A stretch of DNA of 64,000 nucleotides from Eledone cirrhosa. Taxonomy: Eukaryota. Made by a program: the position numbers and the translations under genes. The stretch lies in assembly GCA_964016885.1 (NCBI GenBank), contig OZ024743.1, forward strand, positions 139,066,001-139,130,000. Direction: 5' to 3'. Shown here piece by piece: positions 36,721-48,800 of this stretch (within the stretch, counting starts at the first letter, position 1; every line of letters starts with the position of its first letter). Below the pieces are notes generated by a model. That model made no database searches, was not told the origin of the DNA, and saw only the letters and a program-made list of their open reading frames with translations.

Positions 36721-39700
36721 TTTGGTGTTTGGTGCTTGGTGTTTGATGCTTGTTGCTTGGTGCTTGATGTTTTGTGTTTGGTGTTTGGTGCTTGGTGTAT
36801 GTACTTGGTGCTTGGTGCTTGGTGTTTGGTGCTTGGTTCTTGGAGCTTGGTGCTTGGTGCTTGGTGTTTGGTGCTTGGTGCTTGGTGTTTGGTGCTTGGT
36901 GTTTGGTGTTTGGTGCTTGGTGTTTGGTACTTAGTGCTTGGTGCTTGGTGTTAAGTGTTTGGTGCTTGGTGTTTGGTGCTTCGTGCTTGGTGCTTGGTGT
37001 TTGGTGGCTGGTGCTTGGTGTTTGGGGCTTGGTGCCTGGTGCTTTGTGTTTGGTGCTAGGTGCTTGGTGCTTGGTCTTTGGTGTTTGGTGCTTGGTGCTT
37101 GGTGCTTGGTGTTTGGTGCTTGGTGCTTGGTGCTTGGTTATTAGTGTTTGGTGCTTGGTGCTTGGGGTTTGGTGTTTGGTGCTTGGTGCTTTGTGTTTGG
37201 TGTTTGCTGTATGGTGTTTGCTGTTTCGTGTTTGGTGTTTGCTCTTTGGTGTTTAATGCTTGGTGCTTGGAGCTTGGTGTTTGGTGCTTGGTGCTTGGTG
37301 CTTGGTGCTTGGCGTTTGCTCTTTGCTGTTTGGTGTTTGGTGCTTGATGTTTGGTGCTTGGTGTTTGGTCTTTGGTGTTTGGTGCTTGGTGCTTGGTGTT
37401 TGGTGCTTGGTGCTGGGTGTTTGGTGCTTGGTGCTTGGTGTTTGGTGCTTGGTGCTTGATGCTTGGTGCTTGGTGTTTGGTCCTTGGTGCTTGGTGCTTG
37501 GTCTTTGGTGCTTGGGGTTTGGTGTTTGGTGCTTGGTGCTTGGTGTTTGGTGCTTGGTGTTTGGTGCTTGGTGTTTGGTGTTTGGTGCTTGCTGCTTGGT
37601 GCTTGGTGTTTGGTGCTTGGCACTTGGTGATTAGTGTTTGGTGCATGGTGCTTGGTGTTTGTTGTTTGGTGCTTGGTGCTTGGTGTTTGGTGCTTGGTGC
37701 TTGCTGTTTGGTGTTTGGTGTTTGGTGCTTGGTGCTTGGTGTTTGGTGTTTGGTGTTTGGTGTTTGGTGTTTGGTGCTTGCTGCTTGGTGCTTGGTGTTT
37801 GGTGCTTGGCACTTGGTGATTAGTGTTTGGTGCATGGTGCTTGGTGTTTGTTGTTTGGTGTTTGGTGCTTGGTGCTTGGTGTTTGGAGCTTGGTGTTTGG
37901 TGCTTGGTGTATGTACTTGGTGCTTGGTGCTTGGTGTTTGGTGCTTGGTTCTTGGTGTTTGGTGCTTGGTGCTTGGTGCTTGGTGTTTGGTGCTTGGTGC
38001 TTGGTGTTTGGTACTTGGTGCTTGGTGTTTGGTGTTTGGTGCTTGGTGTTTGGTGCTTGGTGCTTGGTGCTTGGTGTTAAGTGTTTGGTGCTTGGTGCTT
38101 GGTGTTTGGTGCTTCGTGCTTGGTGCTTGGTGTTTGGTGCATGGTGCTTGATGTTTGGGGCTTGGTGCCTGGTGCTTGGTGTTTGGTGCTTGGTGCTTGG
38201 TGCTTGGTGTTTGGTGTTTGCTGCTTGGTGCTTGGTGTTTGGTGCTTGGTGTTTGGTGCTTGGTGTTCGGTGCTTGGTGCTTGGTGCTTGGTACTTGGTT
38301 TTAGGTTTTTGGTGCTTGGGGCTTGGTGTTTGGTGCTTGGTGCTTGGTGCTTGGTGCTTGGTGTTAGGTGTTTGGTGCTTGGTGCTTGGTGTTTGATGTT
38401 TGGTCCTTGGTGCCTGGTGTTTGGTGTTTGGTGCTTGGTGCTTGGTGTTTGGTGTTTGTTGCTTGCTGCTTGGTGCTTGGTGTTTTGTGTTTGGAGTTTG
38501 GTGCTTGGTGTTTGGTGCTTCGGTCTTGGTGCTTGGTGTTTGGTGCTTGGTGTTTGGTGCTTGGTGCTTGGTGCCTGGTGCTTGGTGTTAGGTGTTTGGT
38601 GCTTGCTCCTTAGTGTTTGATGTTTGGTCCTTGGTGCTTGGTGTTTGGTGTTTGGTGCTTGGTGTTTGGTGTTTGGTGTTTGGTGCTTGGTGCTTGGTGT
38701 TTGGTGCTTGCCGCTTGATGCTTGGGTTTTGGTGCTTGGTGATTGGTGCTTGGTGTTTTGCGCTTGGTGCTGGGTGTTTGGTGTTAGGTGTTTGGTGCTT
38801 GGTGCTTGGTGCTTGGTGCTTGGTGTTTGGTGCTGCGTGCTTGGTGTTTGGTGTCTGGAGTTTGGTGCTTGGTGCTTGGTGCCTGGTGTTTCGTGCTTGG
38901 TGCTTGGTGCTTGGTGTTTGGTGTTTGGTGCTTGGTGTTTGGTGTTTTGTACTTGGTGTTTGGTGCTTGGTGCCTGGTGCTTGGTGTTTGGTGCTTGGTG
39001 CTTAGTGTTTGGTGATTGGTGCTTGGTGTTTGGTGATTGGTGCTTGATGCTTGGTGCTTGGTGTTAGGTGTTTGGTGCTTGGTGCTTGGTGTTTGATGTT
39101 TGGTCCTTGGTGCTTGGTGTTTGGTGTTTGGTGCTTGGTGCTTGTTGTTTGGTGTTTGGTGCTTGCTGCTTGCTGCTTGGTGTTTGTTGCTTGGTGTTTT
39201 GTGCTTGATGCTTGGTGTTTGTTGTTTGGTGCTAGGGGCTTAGTGCTTGGTGCTTGGTGTTTGGTGCTTGGTGCTTGCTGTTTGGTGTTTGGTGCTTGCT
39301 GCGTGGGACTTAGTGTTTGGTGTTTGGTGCTTGGTGTTTGGTGCTTGGTGTTTGGTGCTTGGTGTTTGGGGCTTGGTGTTCGGTGCTTGGTGCCTGGTGC
39401 TTGGGGCTTGGTGTTTGGTGTTTGGTGCTTGGTGCTTGGTGTTTGATGTTGGGTCCTTGGTGCTTGGTGTTTGGTGTTTGGTGCTTGGTGTTTGGTGTTT
39501 GGTGCTTGGTGCTTGGTGTTGGTGTTTGGTGCTTGGTGCTTGGGGCTTGGTGTTTGGTGCTTGGTGCTTGGTGTTTGGTGTTTGGTGCTTGGTGCTTGGG
39601 GCTTGGTGTTTGGTGCTTGGTGCTTTGTGCTTGGTGTTTAGTGTTTGGTGTTTGGTGCTTGGTGTTTGGTGCTTGGTGCTTGGTGCTGGGTGGTTGGTGT

Positions 39701-39880
39701 TTGGTGCTTGGTGCTTGGTGTTTGGTGCTTGGTGCTTGGTGCTTGTTGTTTGGTGCTTGGTGCTTGGTGCTTGGTCTTTGGTGCTTGGAGTTTGGTGGTT
39801 GGTGCTTGGTGCTTGGTGTTTGGTGTTTGGTGTTTGCTGTTTGGTGTCTGCTTTTTGGTATTTAGTGTTTGCTGTATGGT
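35330..39880 (+). repeat. 3,370-bp-offset duplication (~35330..36510 recurs at ~38700..39880)
   Basis: ORF pairs 35681/39051, 35877/39247, 35947/39317 and 36275/39645 are all offset by 3370 with a few substitutions. Confidence 0.8.
37560..37860 (+). repeat. 189-bp (27-unit) local duplication
   Basis: The rare variant TTGGCACTTGGTGATTAG has its C at 37621 and 37810. ORFs 37634/37823 and 37638/37827 are offset by 189. Confidence 0.85.
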
Positions 39881-42800
39881 GTTTGGTGTTTGGTGTTTGG
39901 TGCTTGGTGTTTGGTGCTTGGTGCTTGGTGTTTGGCGTTTGGTGCTTGGTGCTTGGTGTTTGGTGCTTGGTGCTTGGTGTTTGGTGTTTGGTGCTTGGTG
40001 CCTGGTGCTTGTTGTTTGGTGTTTGGTGCTTGGTGCTTGGTGTTTGGTGTTTAGTGCTTGGTGTCTGGTGTTTGGTGCTTGGTGTTTGGTGTTTGGTGCT
40101 TGGTGCTTGGTGTTGGTGTTTGGTGTTTGGTGCTTGGTGCTTGGTGTTTGGTGTTTGGTGCTGGGTGCTTGGAGTTTGGTGCTTGGTGTTTGGTGCTTAG
40201 TGCTTGGTGTTTGGTGTTTGGTGCTTGGTGTTTGGTGTTTGGTGTTTGACGCTTGGTTTTTGCTGCTTGTTGCTTGGTGCTTGGTGCTTGGTGTTCTGTG
40301 GTTGGTGCTTGGTGCTTGGTGCCTGGTGCTTGGTGCTTGGTGCTTGTTGTTTGGTGCTTGGTGCTTGGTGATTAGTGTTTGGTGCTTGGTGCTTGGTGTT
40401 TGGTGTTTGGTGTTTCGTGCTTGGTGTCTAGTGTTTGGGTTTTGGTGTTTGGTGCTTGGTGCTTAGTGTTTGGTGTTTGTGCTTGGTGCTTGGTGTTTGG
40501 TGTTTGGTGCTTGGTGTTTGGTGCTTGGTGCTTTGTGCCTGCTGTTTGGTGCTAGGTGTATGGTGTTTGGTGCTTGGTGCTTGGTGTTTGGTGTTTGGTG
40601 TTTGGTGTATGGTGTTTGATGCTTGTTGCTTGGTGCTTGATGTTTTGTGTTTGGTGTTTGGTGCTTGGTGTATGTACTTGGTGCTTGGTGCTTGGTGTTT
40701 GGTGTTTGGTTCTTGGTGCTTGGTGCTTGGTGCTTGCTGCTTGGTGTTTGGTGCTTGGTGCTTGGTGTTTGGTGCCTGGTGTTTGGTGTTTGGTGCTTGG
40801 TGTTTAGTACTTGGTGCTTGGTGATTGGTGTTAAGTGTTTGGTGCTTGGTGTTTGGTGCTTCGTGCTTGGTGCTTGGTGTTTGGTGGATGGTGCTTGGTG
40901 TTTGGGGCTTGGTGCCTGGTGCTTTGTGTTTGGTGCTAGGTGCTTGGTGCTTGGTCTTTGGTGTTTGGTGCTTGGTGCTTGGTGCTTGGTGCTTGGTGCT
41001 TGGTGTTTGGTGCTTGGTGCTTGGTGCTTGGTGCTTGTCGTTTGCTCTTTGCTGTTTGGTGTTTGGTGCTTGCTGTTTGGTGTTTGGTGTTTGGTGTTTG
41101 GTGTTTGGTGCTTGCTGTTTGGTGCTTTGTGCTTGGTGTTTGGTCTTTGGTGTTTGGTGCTTGGTGCTTGGCGTTTGGGGCTTGGTGCTTGGTGCTGGGT
41201 GTTTGGTGCTTGGTGCTTGGTGTTTGGTGCTTGGTGCTTGATGCTTGGTGCTTGGTGTTTGGTCCTTGGTGCTTGGTGCTTGGTCTTTGGTGCTTGGGGT
41301 TTGGTGTTTGGTGCTTGGTGCTTGGTGTTTGGTGCTTGGTGCTTGGTGCTTGGTGTTTGGTGTTTGGTGCTTGCTGCTTGGTGCTTGGTGTTTGGTGCTT
41401 GATGCTTGGTGATTAGTGTTTGGTGCATGGTGCTTGGTGTTTGTTGTTTGGTGCTTGGTGCTTGGTGTTTGGTGCTTGGTGCTTGCTGTTTGGTGTTTGG
41501 TGTTTGGTGCTTGGTGCTTGGTGTTTGGTGTTTGGTATTTGGTGTTTGGTGTTTGGTGCTTGGTGCTTGGTGTTTGGTGCTTGGTGCTTGGTGCTTGGTG
41601 CTTGGTGTTTGGTGCTTGGTTCTTGGTGTTTGGTGCTTGGTGCTTGGTGCTTGGTGTTTGGTGCTTGGTGCTTGGTGTTTGGTACTTGGTGCTTGGTGTT
41701 TGGTGTTTGGTGCTTGGTGTTTGGTGCTTGGTGCTTGGTGCTTGGTGTTAAGTGTTTGGTGCTTGGTGCTTGGTGTTTGGTGCTTGGTGTGTGGTGTTTG
41801 TTGTTTGGTGCTTGGTGCTTGGTGTTTGGTGCTTGCTGCTTGCTGCTTGGGTTTTGGTGCTTGGTGATTGATGCTTGGTGTTTTGCGCTTGGTGCTTGGT
41901 GTTTGGTGTTTGGTGTTTGGTGCTTGGTGCTTGGTGCTTGGTGCTTGGTGTTTGGTGCTGCGTGCTTGGTGTTTGGTGTCTGGAGTTTGGTGCTTGGTGC
42001 TTGTTGCCTGGTGTTTCGTGCTTGGTGCTTAGTGCTTGGTGTTTGGTGCTTGGTGTTTGGTGTTTGGTACTTGGTACTTGGTGTTTGGTGCTTGGTGCCT
42101 GGTGCTTGGTGTTTGGTGCTTGGTGCTTGGTGTTTGGTGATTGGTGCTTGGTGTTTGGTGATTGGTGCTTGATGCTTGGTGCTTGGTGTTAGGTGTTAGG
42201 TGCTTGGTGCTTGGTGTTTGATGTTTGGTCCTTGGTGCTTGGTGTTTGGTGTTTGGTGCTTGGTGCTTGTTGTTTGGTGTTTGGTGCTTGCTGCTTGCTG
42301 CCTGGTGTTTGTTTCTTGGTGTTTTGTGCTTGATGCTTGGTGTTTGTTGTTTGGTGCTAGGGGCTTAGTGCTTGGTGCTTGGTGTTTGGTGCTTGGTGTT
42401 TGGTGCTTGGTGTTTGGTGCTTGGTGTTTGGGGCTTGGTGTTCGGTGCTTGGTGCCTGGTGCTTGGGGCTTGGTGTTTGGTGTTTGGTGCTTGGTGCTTG
42501 GTGTTTGATGTTGGGTCCTTGGTGCTTGGTGTTTGGTGTTTGGTGCTTGGTGTTTGGTGTTTGGTGCTTGGTGCTTGGTGTTGGTGTTTGGTGCTTGGTG
42601 CTTGGGGCTTGGTGTTTGGTGCTTGGTGCTTGGTGTTTGGTGTTTGGTGCTTGGTGCTTGGGGCTTGGTGTTTGGTGCTTGGTGCTTTGTGCTTGGTGTT
42701 TAGTGTTTGGTGTTTGGTGCTTGGTGTTTGGTGCTTGGTGCTTGGTGCTGGGTGGTTGGTGTTTGGTGCTTGGTGCTTGGTGTTTGGTGCTTGGTGCTTG

Positions 42801-45800
42801 GTGCTTGGTGCTTGGTCTTTGGTGCTTGGAGTTTGGTGGTTGGTGCTTGGTGCATGGTGTTTGGTGTTTGGTGTTTGCTGTTTGGTGTCTGCTTTTTGCT
42901 ATTTAGTGTTTGCTGTATGGTGTTTGCTGTTTCGTATTTGGTGCTTGGTGTTTGGTGCTTGGTGCTTGGTCTTTGGCGTTTGGTGCTTGGTGCTTGGTGT
43001 TTGGTGCTTGGTGCTTGGTGTTTGGTGTTTGGTGCTTGGTGCCTGGTGCTTGTTGTTTGGTGTTTGGTGCTTGGTGCTTGGTGTTTGGTGTTTGGTGCTT
43101 GGTGTCTGGTGTTTGGTGCTTGGTGTTTGGTGTTTGGTGCTTGGTGCTTGGTGTTGGTGTTTGGTGTTTGCTGCTTGGTGCTTGGTGTTTGGTGTTTGGT
43201 GCTGGGTGCTTGGAGTTTGGTGCTTGGTGTTTGGTGCTTAGTGCTTGGTGTTTGGTGTTTGGTGCTTGCTGTTTGGTGTTTGGTGTTTGATGCTTGGTTT
43301 TTGCTGCTTGTTGCTTGGTGCTTGGTGCTTGGTGTTCTGTGTTTGGTGCTTGGTGCTTGGTGCCTGGTGCTTGGTGCTTGGTGCTTGTTGTTTGGTGCTT
43401 GGTGCTTGGTGATTAGTGTTTAGGTGCTTGGTGCTTGGTGTTTGGTGTTTCGTGTTTCGTGCTTGGTGTCTAGTGTTTGGGTTTTGGTGTTTGGTGCTTG
43501 GTGCTTAGTGTTTGGTGTTTGTGCTCGGTGCTTGGTGTTTGGTGTTTGGTGCTTGGTATTTGGTGCTTGGTGCTTTGTGCTTGCTGTTTGGTGCTGGGTG
43601 TATGGTGTTTGGTGCTTGGTGCTTGGTGCTTGGTGTTTGGTGTTTGGTGCTTGGTACTTGGTGTTTGGTGTTTGATGCTTGGTGTTTGATGCTTGTTGCT
43701 TGGTGCTTGATGTTTTGTGTTTGGTGTTTGGTGCTTGGTGTATGTACTTGGTGCTTGGTGCTTGGTGTTTGGTGCTTGGTTCTTGGTGCTTGGTGCTTGG
43801 TGCTTGGTGTTTGGTGCTTGGTGCTTGGTGTTTGGTGCTTGGTGTTTGGTGTTTGGTGCTTGGTGTTTGGTACTTGGTGCTTGGTGCTTGGTGTTAAGTG
43901 TTTGGTGCTTGGTGCTTGGTGTTTGGTGCTTCGTGCTTGGTGCTTGGTGTTTGGTGGATGGTGCTTGGTGTTTGGGGCTTGGTGCCTGGTGCTTTGTGTT
44001 TGGTGCTAGGTGCTTGGTGCTTGGTCTTCGGTGTTTGGTGCTTGGTGCTTGGTGCTTGGTGTTTGGTGCTTGGTGCTTGGTGCTTGGTTATTAGTGTTTG
44101 GTGCTTGGTGCTTGGGGTTTGGTGTTTGGTGCTTGGTGCTTTGTGTTTGGTGTTTGCTGTATGGTGTTTGCTGTTTCGTGTTTGGTGTTTGCTGTTTGGT
44201 GTTTAATGCTTGGTGCTTGGTGCTTGGTGTTTGGTGCTTGGTGCTTGGTGCTTGGTGTTTGGCGTTTGCTCTTTGCTGTTTGGTGTTTGGTGCTTGCTGT
44301 TTGGTGTTTGGTGTTTGGTGTTTGGTGTTTGGTGCTTGCTATTTGGTGCTTGGTGCTTGGTGTTTGGTGTTTGGTGCTTGGTGTGTGGTGTTAAGTGTTT
44401 GGTGCTTGGTGCTTGGTGTTTGGTGCTTCGTGCTTGGTGCTTGGTGTTTGGTGCATGGTGCTTGGTGTTTGGCGCTTGGTGCCTGGTGCTTTGTGTTTGG
44501 TGCTAGGTGCTTGGTGCTTGGTGTTTGGTGCTTGGTGCTTGGTGCTTGGTTATTAGTGTTTGGTGCTTGGTGCTTGGGGTTTGGTGTTTGGTGCTTGGTG
44601 CTTGGTGTTTGATGTTGGGTCCTTGGTGCTTGGTGTTTGGTGTTTGGTGCTTGGTGTTTGGTGTTTGGTGCTTGGTGCTTGGTGTTGGTGTTTGGTGCTT
44701 GGTGCTTGGGGCTTGGTGTTTGGTGCTTGGTGCTTGGTGTTTGGTGTTTGGTGCTTGGTGCTTGGGGCTTGGTGTTTGGTGCTTGGTGCTTTGTGCTTGG
44801 TGTTTAGTGTTTGGTGTTTGGTGCTTGGTGTTTGGTGCTTGGTGCTTGGTGCTGGGTGGTTGGTGTTTGGTGCTTGGTGCTTGGTGTTTGGTGCTTGGTG
44901 CTTGGTGCTTGGTGCTTGGTCTTTGGTGCTTGGAGTTTGGTGGTTGGTGCTTGGTGCATGGTGTTTGGTGTTTGGTGTTTGCTGTTTGGTGTCTGCTTTT
45001 TGGTATTTAGTGTTTGCTGTATGGTGTTTGCTGTTTCGTATTTGGTGCTTGGTGTTTGGTGCTTGGTGCTTGGTGTTTGGCGTTTGGTGCTTGGTGCTTG
45101 GTGTTTGGTGCTTGGTGCTTGGTGTTTGGTGTTTGGTGCTTGGTGCCTGGTGCTTGTTGTTTGGTGTTTGGTGCTTGGTGCTTGGTGTTTGGTGTTTGGT
45201 GCTTGGTGTCTGGTGTTTGGTGCTTGGTGTTTGGTGTTTGGTGCTTGGTGCTTGGTGTTGGTGTTTGGTGTTTGCTGCTTGGTGCTTGGTGTTTGGTGTT
45301 TGGTGCTGGGTGCTTGGAGTTTGGTGCTTGGTGTTTGGTGCTTAGTGCTTGGTGTTTGGTGTTTGGTGCTTGCTGTTTGGTGTTTGGTGTTTGATGCTTG
45401 GTTTTTGCTGCTTGTTGCTTGGTGCTTGGTGCTTGGTGTTCTGTGTTTGGTGCTTGGTGCTTGGTGCCTGGTGCGTGGTGCTTGGTGCTTGTTGTTTGGT
45501 GCTTGGTGCTTGGTGATTAGTGTTTGGTGCTTGGTGCTTGGTGTTTGGTGTTTCGTGTTTCGTGCTTGGTGTCTAGTGTTTGGGTTTTGGTGTTTGGTGC
45601 TTGGTGCTTAGTGTTTGGTGTTTGTGCTCGGTGCTTGGTGTTTGGCGTTTGGTGCTTGGTATTTGGTGCTTGGTGCTTTGTGCTTGCTGTTTGGTGCTGG
45701 GTGTATGGTGTTTGGTGCTTGGTGCTTGGTGCTTGGTGTTTGGTGTTTGGTGCTTGGTACTTGGTGTTTGGTGTTTGATGCTTGGTGTTTGATGCTTGTT

Positions 45801-48800
45801 GCTTGGTGCTTGATGTTTTGTGTTTGGTGTTTGGTGCTTGGTGTATGTACTTGGTGCTTGGTGCTTGGTGTTTCGTGCTTGGTTCTTGGTGCTTGGTGCT
45901 TGGTGCTTGGTGTTTGGTGCTTGGTGCTTGGTGTTTGGTGCTTGGTGTTTGGTGTTTGGTGCTTGGTGTTTGGTACTTGGTGCTTGGTGCTTGGTGTTAA
46001 GTGTTTGGTGCTTGGTGCTTGGTGTTTGGTGCTTCGTGCTTGGTGCTTGGTGTTTGGTGGATGGTGCTTGCTGTTTGGTGTTTGGTGCTTGCTGCGTGGG
46101 ACTTAGTGTTTGGTGTTTGGTGCTTGGTGTTTGGTGCTTGGTGTTTGGTGCTTGGTGTTTGGGGCTTGGTGTTCGGTGCTTGGTGCCTGGTGCTTGGGGC
46201 TTGGTGTTTGGTGTTTGGTGCTTGGTGCTTGGTGTTTGATGTTGGGTCCTTGGTGCTTGGTGTTTGGTGTTTGGTGCTTGGTGTTTGGTGTTTGGTGCTT
46301 GGTGCTTGGTGTTGGTGTTTGGTGCTTGGTGCTTGGGGCTTGGTGTTTGGTGCTTGGTGCTTGGTGTTTGGTGTTTGGTGCTTGGTGCTTGGGGCTTGGT
46401 GTTTGGTGCTTGGTGCTTTGTGCTTGGTGTTTAGTGTTTGGTGTTTGGTGCTTGGTGTTTGGTGCTTGGTGCTTGGTGCTGGGTGGTTGGTGTTTGGTGC
46501 TTGGTGCTTGGTGTTTGGTGCTTGGTGCTTGGTGCTTGTTGTTTGGTGCTTGGTGCTTGGTGCTTGGTCTTTGGTGCTTGGAGTTTGGTGGTTGGTGCTT
46601 GGTGCTTGGTGTTTGGTGTTTGGTGTTTGCTGTTTGGTGTCTGCTTTTTGGTATTTAGTGTTTGCTGTATGGTGTTTGGTGTTTGGTGTTTGGTGCTTGG
46701 TGTTTGGTGCTTGGTGCTTGGTGTTTGGCGTTTGGTGCTTGGTGCTTGGTGTTTGGTGCTTGGTGCTTGGTGTTTGGTGTTTGGTGCTTGGTGCCTGGTG
46801 CTTGTTGTTTGGTGTTTGGTGCTTGGTGCTTGTTGTTTGGTGTTTAGTGCTTGGTGTCTGGTGTTTGGTGCTTGGTGTTTGGTGTTTGGTGCTTGGTGCT
46901 TGGTGTTGGTGTTTGGTGTTTGGTGCTTGGTGCTTGGTGTTTGGTGTTTGGTGCTGGGTGCTTGGAGTTTGGTGCTTGGTGTTTGGTGCTTAGTGCTTGG
47001 TGTTTGGTGTTTGGTGCTTGGTGTTTGGTGTTTGGTGTTTGACGCTTGGTTTTTGCTGCTTGTTGCTTGGTGCTTGGTGCTTGGTGTTCTGTGGTTGGTG
47101 CTTGGTGCTTGGTGCCTGGTGCTTGGTGCTTGGTGCTTGTTGTTTGGTGCTTCGTGCTTGGTGATTAGTGTTTGGTGCTTGGTGCTTGGTGTTTGGTGTT
47201 TGGTGTTTCGTGCTTGGTGTCTAGTGTTTGGGTTTTGGTGTTTGGTGCTTGGTGCTTAGTGTTTGGTGTTTGTGCTTGGTGCTTGGTGTTTGGTGTTTGG
47301 TGCTTGGTGTTTGGTGCTTGGTGCTTTGTGCCTGCTGTTTGGTGCTAGGTGTATGGTGTTTGGTGCTTGGTGCTTGGTGTTTGGTGTTTGGTGTTTGGTG
47401 TATGGTGTTTGATGCTTGTTGCTTGGTGCTTGATGTTTTGTGTTTGGTGTTTGGTGCTTGGTGTATGTACTTGGTGCTTGGTGCTTGGTGTTTGGTGTTT
47501 GGTTCTTGGTGCTTGGTGCTTGGTGCTTGCTGCTTGGTGTTTGGTGCTTGGTGCTTGGTGTTTGGTGCTTGGTGTTTGGTGTTTGGTGCTTGGTGTTTAG
47601 TACTTGGTGCTTGGTGCTTGGTGTTAAGTGTTTGGGGCTTGGTGTTTGGTGCTTCGTGCTTGGTGCTTGGTGTTTGGTGGATGGTGCTTGGTGTTTGGGG
47701 CTTGGTGCCTGGTGCTTTGTGTTTGGTGCTAGGTGCTTGGTGCTTGGTCTTTGGTGTTTGGTGCTTGGTGCTTGGTGCTTGGTGCTTGGTGCTTGGTGTT
47801 TGGTGCTTGGTGCTTGGTGCTTGGTGCTTGTCGTTTGCTCTTTGCTGTTTGGTGTTTGGTGCTTGCTGTTTGGTGTTTGGTGTTTGGTGTTTGGTGTTTG
47901 GTGCTTGCTGTTTGGTGCTTTGTGCTTGGTGTTTGGTCTTTGGTGTTTGGTGCTTGGTGCTTGGCGTTTGGGGCTTGGTGCTTGGTGCTGGGTGTTTGGT
48001 GCTTGGTGCTTGGTGTTTGGTGCTTGGTGCTTGATGCTTGGTGCTTGGTGTTTGGTCCTTGGTGCTTGGTGCTTGGTCTTTGGTGCTTGGGGTTTGGTGT
48101 TTGGTGCTTGGTGCTTGGTGTTTGGTGCTTGGTGCTTGGTGCTTGGTGTTTGGTGTTTGGTGCTTGCTGCTTGGTGCTTGGTGTTTGGTGCTTGATGCTT
48201 GGTGATTAGTGTTTGGTGCATGGTGCTTGGTGTTTGTTGTTTGGTGCTTGGTGCTTGGTGTTTGGTGCTTGGTGCTTGCTGTTTGGTGTTTGGTGTTTGG
48301 TGCTTGGTGCTTGGTGTTTGGTGTTTGGTATTTGGTGTTTGGTGTTTGGTGCTTGGTGCTTGGTGTTTGGTGCTTGGTGCTTGGTGCTTGGTGCTTGGTG
48401 TTTGGTGCTTGGTTCTTGGTGTTTGGTGCTTGGTGCTTGGTGCTTGGTGTTTGGTGCTTGGTGCTTGGTGTTTGGTACTTGGTGCTTGGTGTTTGGTGTT
48501 TGGTGCTTGGTGTTTGGTGCTTGGTGCTTGGTGCTTGGTGTTAAGTGTTTGGTGCTTGGTGCTTGGTGTTTGGTGCTTGGTGTGTGGTGTTTGTTGTTTG
48601 GTGCTTGGTGCTTGGTGTTTGGTGCTTGCTGCTTGCTGCTTGGGTTTTGGTGCTTGGTGATTGATGCTTGGTGTTTTGCGCTTGGTGCTTGGTGTTTGGT
48701 GTTTGGTGTTTGGTGCTTGGTGCTTGGTGCTTGGTGCTTGGTGTTTGGTGCTGCGTGCTTGGTGTTTGGTGTCTGGAGTTTGGTGCTTGGTGCTTGTTGC